Shown: positions 61,248 through 64,000 of the stretch, in pieces | How positions within the stretch are numbered: position 1 is the first letter of the stretch | How the letters are laid out: the number at the start of each line of letters is the position of its first letter | DNA from: Vicugna vicugna | Lineage: Eukaryota | Assembly (NCBI GenBank): GCA_013265495.1 | Contig: MU058793.1 | Span: 587,970 to 651,969 of the forward strand | Length of the DNA: 64,000 nucleotides | Direction of reading: 5' to 3' | Translations under genes and position numbers: made by a program | The notes under the pieces: model-generated | Told to the model about the DNA's origin: nothing | The model's input: the letters and a program-made list of their open reading frames with translations, nothing else | Databases searched by the model: none

Positions 61248-61774
61248 AAAAGTTGTTGATGCAACTATTTTTTCTGTAGTAGTGATAAAAGTATTTCACT
61301 GTGTTACCAGTAGACCTGAATTCTGGTTAAGTTTAGCTTTTCTCTTCTTTTATTCAAAAATATAATTTCTCTTTCTCTAGGTTATTGAAGTTTTGTTTTA
61401 ATGATAAGCATGCTCCTGAGAATAAGGAAGTTAGCTTTCTGTTCAAAATGCAACATTTTCAAATTTTTGTCTTAATAGCTGAACTGGACCAATTGCAGAG
61501 CTGATGTGAATTGAATTACTGAAGTCTGTGAGTCATATAGGTTGAAAAAAGATCACAACTTGATCCAGAATATTCATTGGGTGAACACATCTCACCAATA
61601 AGCTGCTGGGAAAGGAAGTAATTTCAGTACTAGCCAGTGCTTACACTGTTTTCATTTTTATTTTTGTTTGGATTTTAGTCCTTAATAAGCAACTTGCCAA
61701 ATTACTTTACAAATGTACTGGATAAATTTTACTGACTTGAACAAAGTATAGTTTTGCTAGTTTGTCTAGTATTA

Positions 61775-63800
61775 AGTATTTGAAATGAGTTTCTTATAGA
61801 TAGCATCTATTAGATGGTGTTTTTAAATCCACTTTGTCAATCTCAGCCTTTTAACTGCTGTGTTTGGATCATTTCCATTTAAGGTAATTATTGATATGTC
61901 AGGACTTAACGTATGTGCCAAATATGTTCATGAATATCATTTCAATATATTAATTTGAGATTAAGGGCTGGGAGAAACAATCTTCTGACCAATTAGATGC
62001 CAATTTCAAATTGAGTAATAAACCACATTGTACTGCCCACCAATAGAATAGCCTTCACCCAGTCATGCCCTCTTGTTATACTTTGGATTATACTGTGAGA
62101 TGTTTTAAGAAACTACTAAACAAACCCATTACTTCATTTACTATAGGGGTGGTTTTGAGTACATCATCCACTACATTCAGTGTCCTCTCTATAAATGGCA
62201 AATTAAATTTTTATTTTAGGCTTCATAAGGTTTTGTTTCCCCTGAGGAATAATAAATGGCTTTTTAAATGGACAAAACGATTTTAAAAATAGATAATATC
62301 TCACTTTTTGCTTTGACTTCCAGGAGGCTCAACATCAATTTTTCAACCTTAAAATTATAAGCTTATAATTGATTTACCCCCTACTCTTTCTGTTATTGTG
62401 GTTTTATATTTTACTTCATATGTTATAAACACCATAAGGTAGTGTTATTGTTGTTTTAAGCAGTCAATAATCTTTTGCATATACTCATTCATGCACCTTT
62501 GTAAGAGCTCTTTGTTCCTTCCTGCCTGTTCTGTTCTTCCAACTGGAAATACTTCCTTTAACCTGAAGAATTTGTTTACCCTTTCACCTTTTGAACATTG
62601 GCATTGTTTCTAGTTTTTGCTCTTATGAATGTTTGTTATCTCTCTTGCAACATATGTTTTCTTCTCTCTTGAATAAATACTTGAGGGTGGAATTGTAGGT
62701 TTTATGATAAGTAACTGTACATTCAACTGTATAAGAAAGTGCCAAAATGTTTTCCAGAACTGCACCATTTTACATTCCCACCTGCGATGTTTGAGAGTCA
62801 GATGAGTGAGTCTGTTTCTACTGGCTATTTTTTCTCTTGATTATAGATCACATTTTCCTGTTCTGTCTCATGTGTCACATTTTAATTATATGCCAGACAC
62901 TCATACAAAAGAAATTAGAGAGTGAAAGTTGGTATTAACTTGCCGTTGTCAGAGAAATTGCTTGAGAGGCTAATCACCTTGGCTCAGTCAAGAATTAAGA
63001 TGAGTGGTGGCTGGAAAAAAAAAAGTAAGTACAAAATAGAAACAGACTCATAGACATAGAATACAAACTTGTGGTTGCCAAGGGGGCGGGGTGTGGGAAG
63101 GGACAGACTGGGATTTCAAAATGTAGAATAGATAAACAAGATTATACTGTATAGCACAGGGAAATATATACAAGATCTTTGTGGTGGCTCACAGCAAAAA
63201 ACAAAAAGTGACAATGAATATATGTATGTTCATGTATAACTGAAAAATTGTGCTCTACACTGGAATTTGACACAACATTGTAAAATGACTATAATTCAAT
63301 AAAAAATGTTAAAAAAAAAATAAAGTGGAAAAACAAAAATAAAAGGAAACATATATTCAAACAACAACAACAAAAAAGATGAGTGGTGGCTGGGTTGTAA
63401 CTTAGTCAGTTTTAGTCTCCCTCTGATCTGAGTTGTCCTGAGGGTAGGAAACTGTTTTGTGTGGTCATTGTTGGCCCCTTCCTTTACTAGTATTTTTAGT
63501 TCCAGGCACTGTGAGAGTGTGGCTGATTTCACTTTCCCTTCCCAGCCCAGTCCCCAGGTTCTCTTGCTGTGCCAGTGCTCATCAAAAGTCCTTTGGAGGA
63601 AAACAGATGGATGAGAAAAATAGTTCCTTGATCCAGCCTACTTTTGATAACTGTGTTATGTTAAAATGGTTTATTCATTTTAATTTTCCTTCAGTTCTTA
63701 TCTCCTAGTCTATCTATATTGCAAGGCCCTGATTTCTTTTCTATTTTGTTTTATTTCTTATATTCTTTTAAGTTGTTTCCAATGTTTGTCAACCAAGACA
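61775..63800 (-). mobile_element. Fragmented ancient L1 (L1M) pieces
   Basis: gagtttcttatagatagcat...ttccatttaaggtaattattgatatg; gtgccaaaatgttttccaga...tgcaccattttacattcccacc; discontinuous, boundaries approximate. Confidence 0.6.
63015..63375 (+). mobile_element. Young 5'-truncated L1 3' UTR with putative 3' transduction
   Basis: Perfect 18-bp TSD aagatgagtggtggctgg (62997-63014 / 63376-63393); same 3' UTR family as 60955-61247. Confidence 0.95.
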
Positions 63801-64000
63801 GGGCCTAAATATATAAACAAATAAATCTAAGGTTACTGTATTAATTGTATCACTACTCTGTGTTTTTAGAAGTGTTCTTTAAGGTCTTCAATCTTCTCCA
63901 AGAAACCACAATAGAAGATAATTTTTTTTTCAATCAATCTTGGTTTTTCAAGATCCTCACTGGAGTCTCAAGAGTGCTAAAAAACCAACATACAATTTAT

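Noticed and set aside
1..64000. The many 60-170-aa ORFs in the ORF track as host genes
   Set aside because: Short, often low-complexity or within repeats, with no recognisable domains; only L1 ORF1/ORF2 remnants are protein-like

Overview
Repeat-dense mammalian non-coding DNA, almost certainly camelid: five copies of a tRNA-Ala-like SINE match my recollection of Vic-1, and there are young artiodactyl-type L1 3' ends. No host protein-coding gene, RNA gene or CRISPR array can be recognised. The only protein-like ORFs are L1 ORF1/ORF2 remnants. The window is a mosaic of L1, L2, MIR, ERVL/MaLR LTRs and hAT/Tc1-mariner MITEs with repeat-free islands that may be regulatory, plus a 350-N gap flanked by a probably artefactual ~1.95-kb tandem duplication. 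Most notable: (i) a tandem pair of textbook-signal, frame-preserving microexons (12 and 18 nt, 82-nt intron) at 19.5 kb with no identifiable host gene; (ii) a TSD-bounded ORF1-only 'half-L1' at 59.3-61.2 kb; (iii) a TSD-less antisense L1 ORF2 fragment inside a SINE at the core of a five-level nested insertion; (iv) clear twin-priming and 3'-transduction signatures; (v) two copies of a Tigger2-type MITE carrying a captured MIR-like segment. I found no convincing new biological system. Repeat family names come from memory of consensus sequences, and boundaries without TSDs are approximate.
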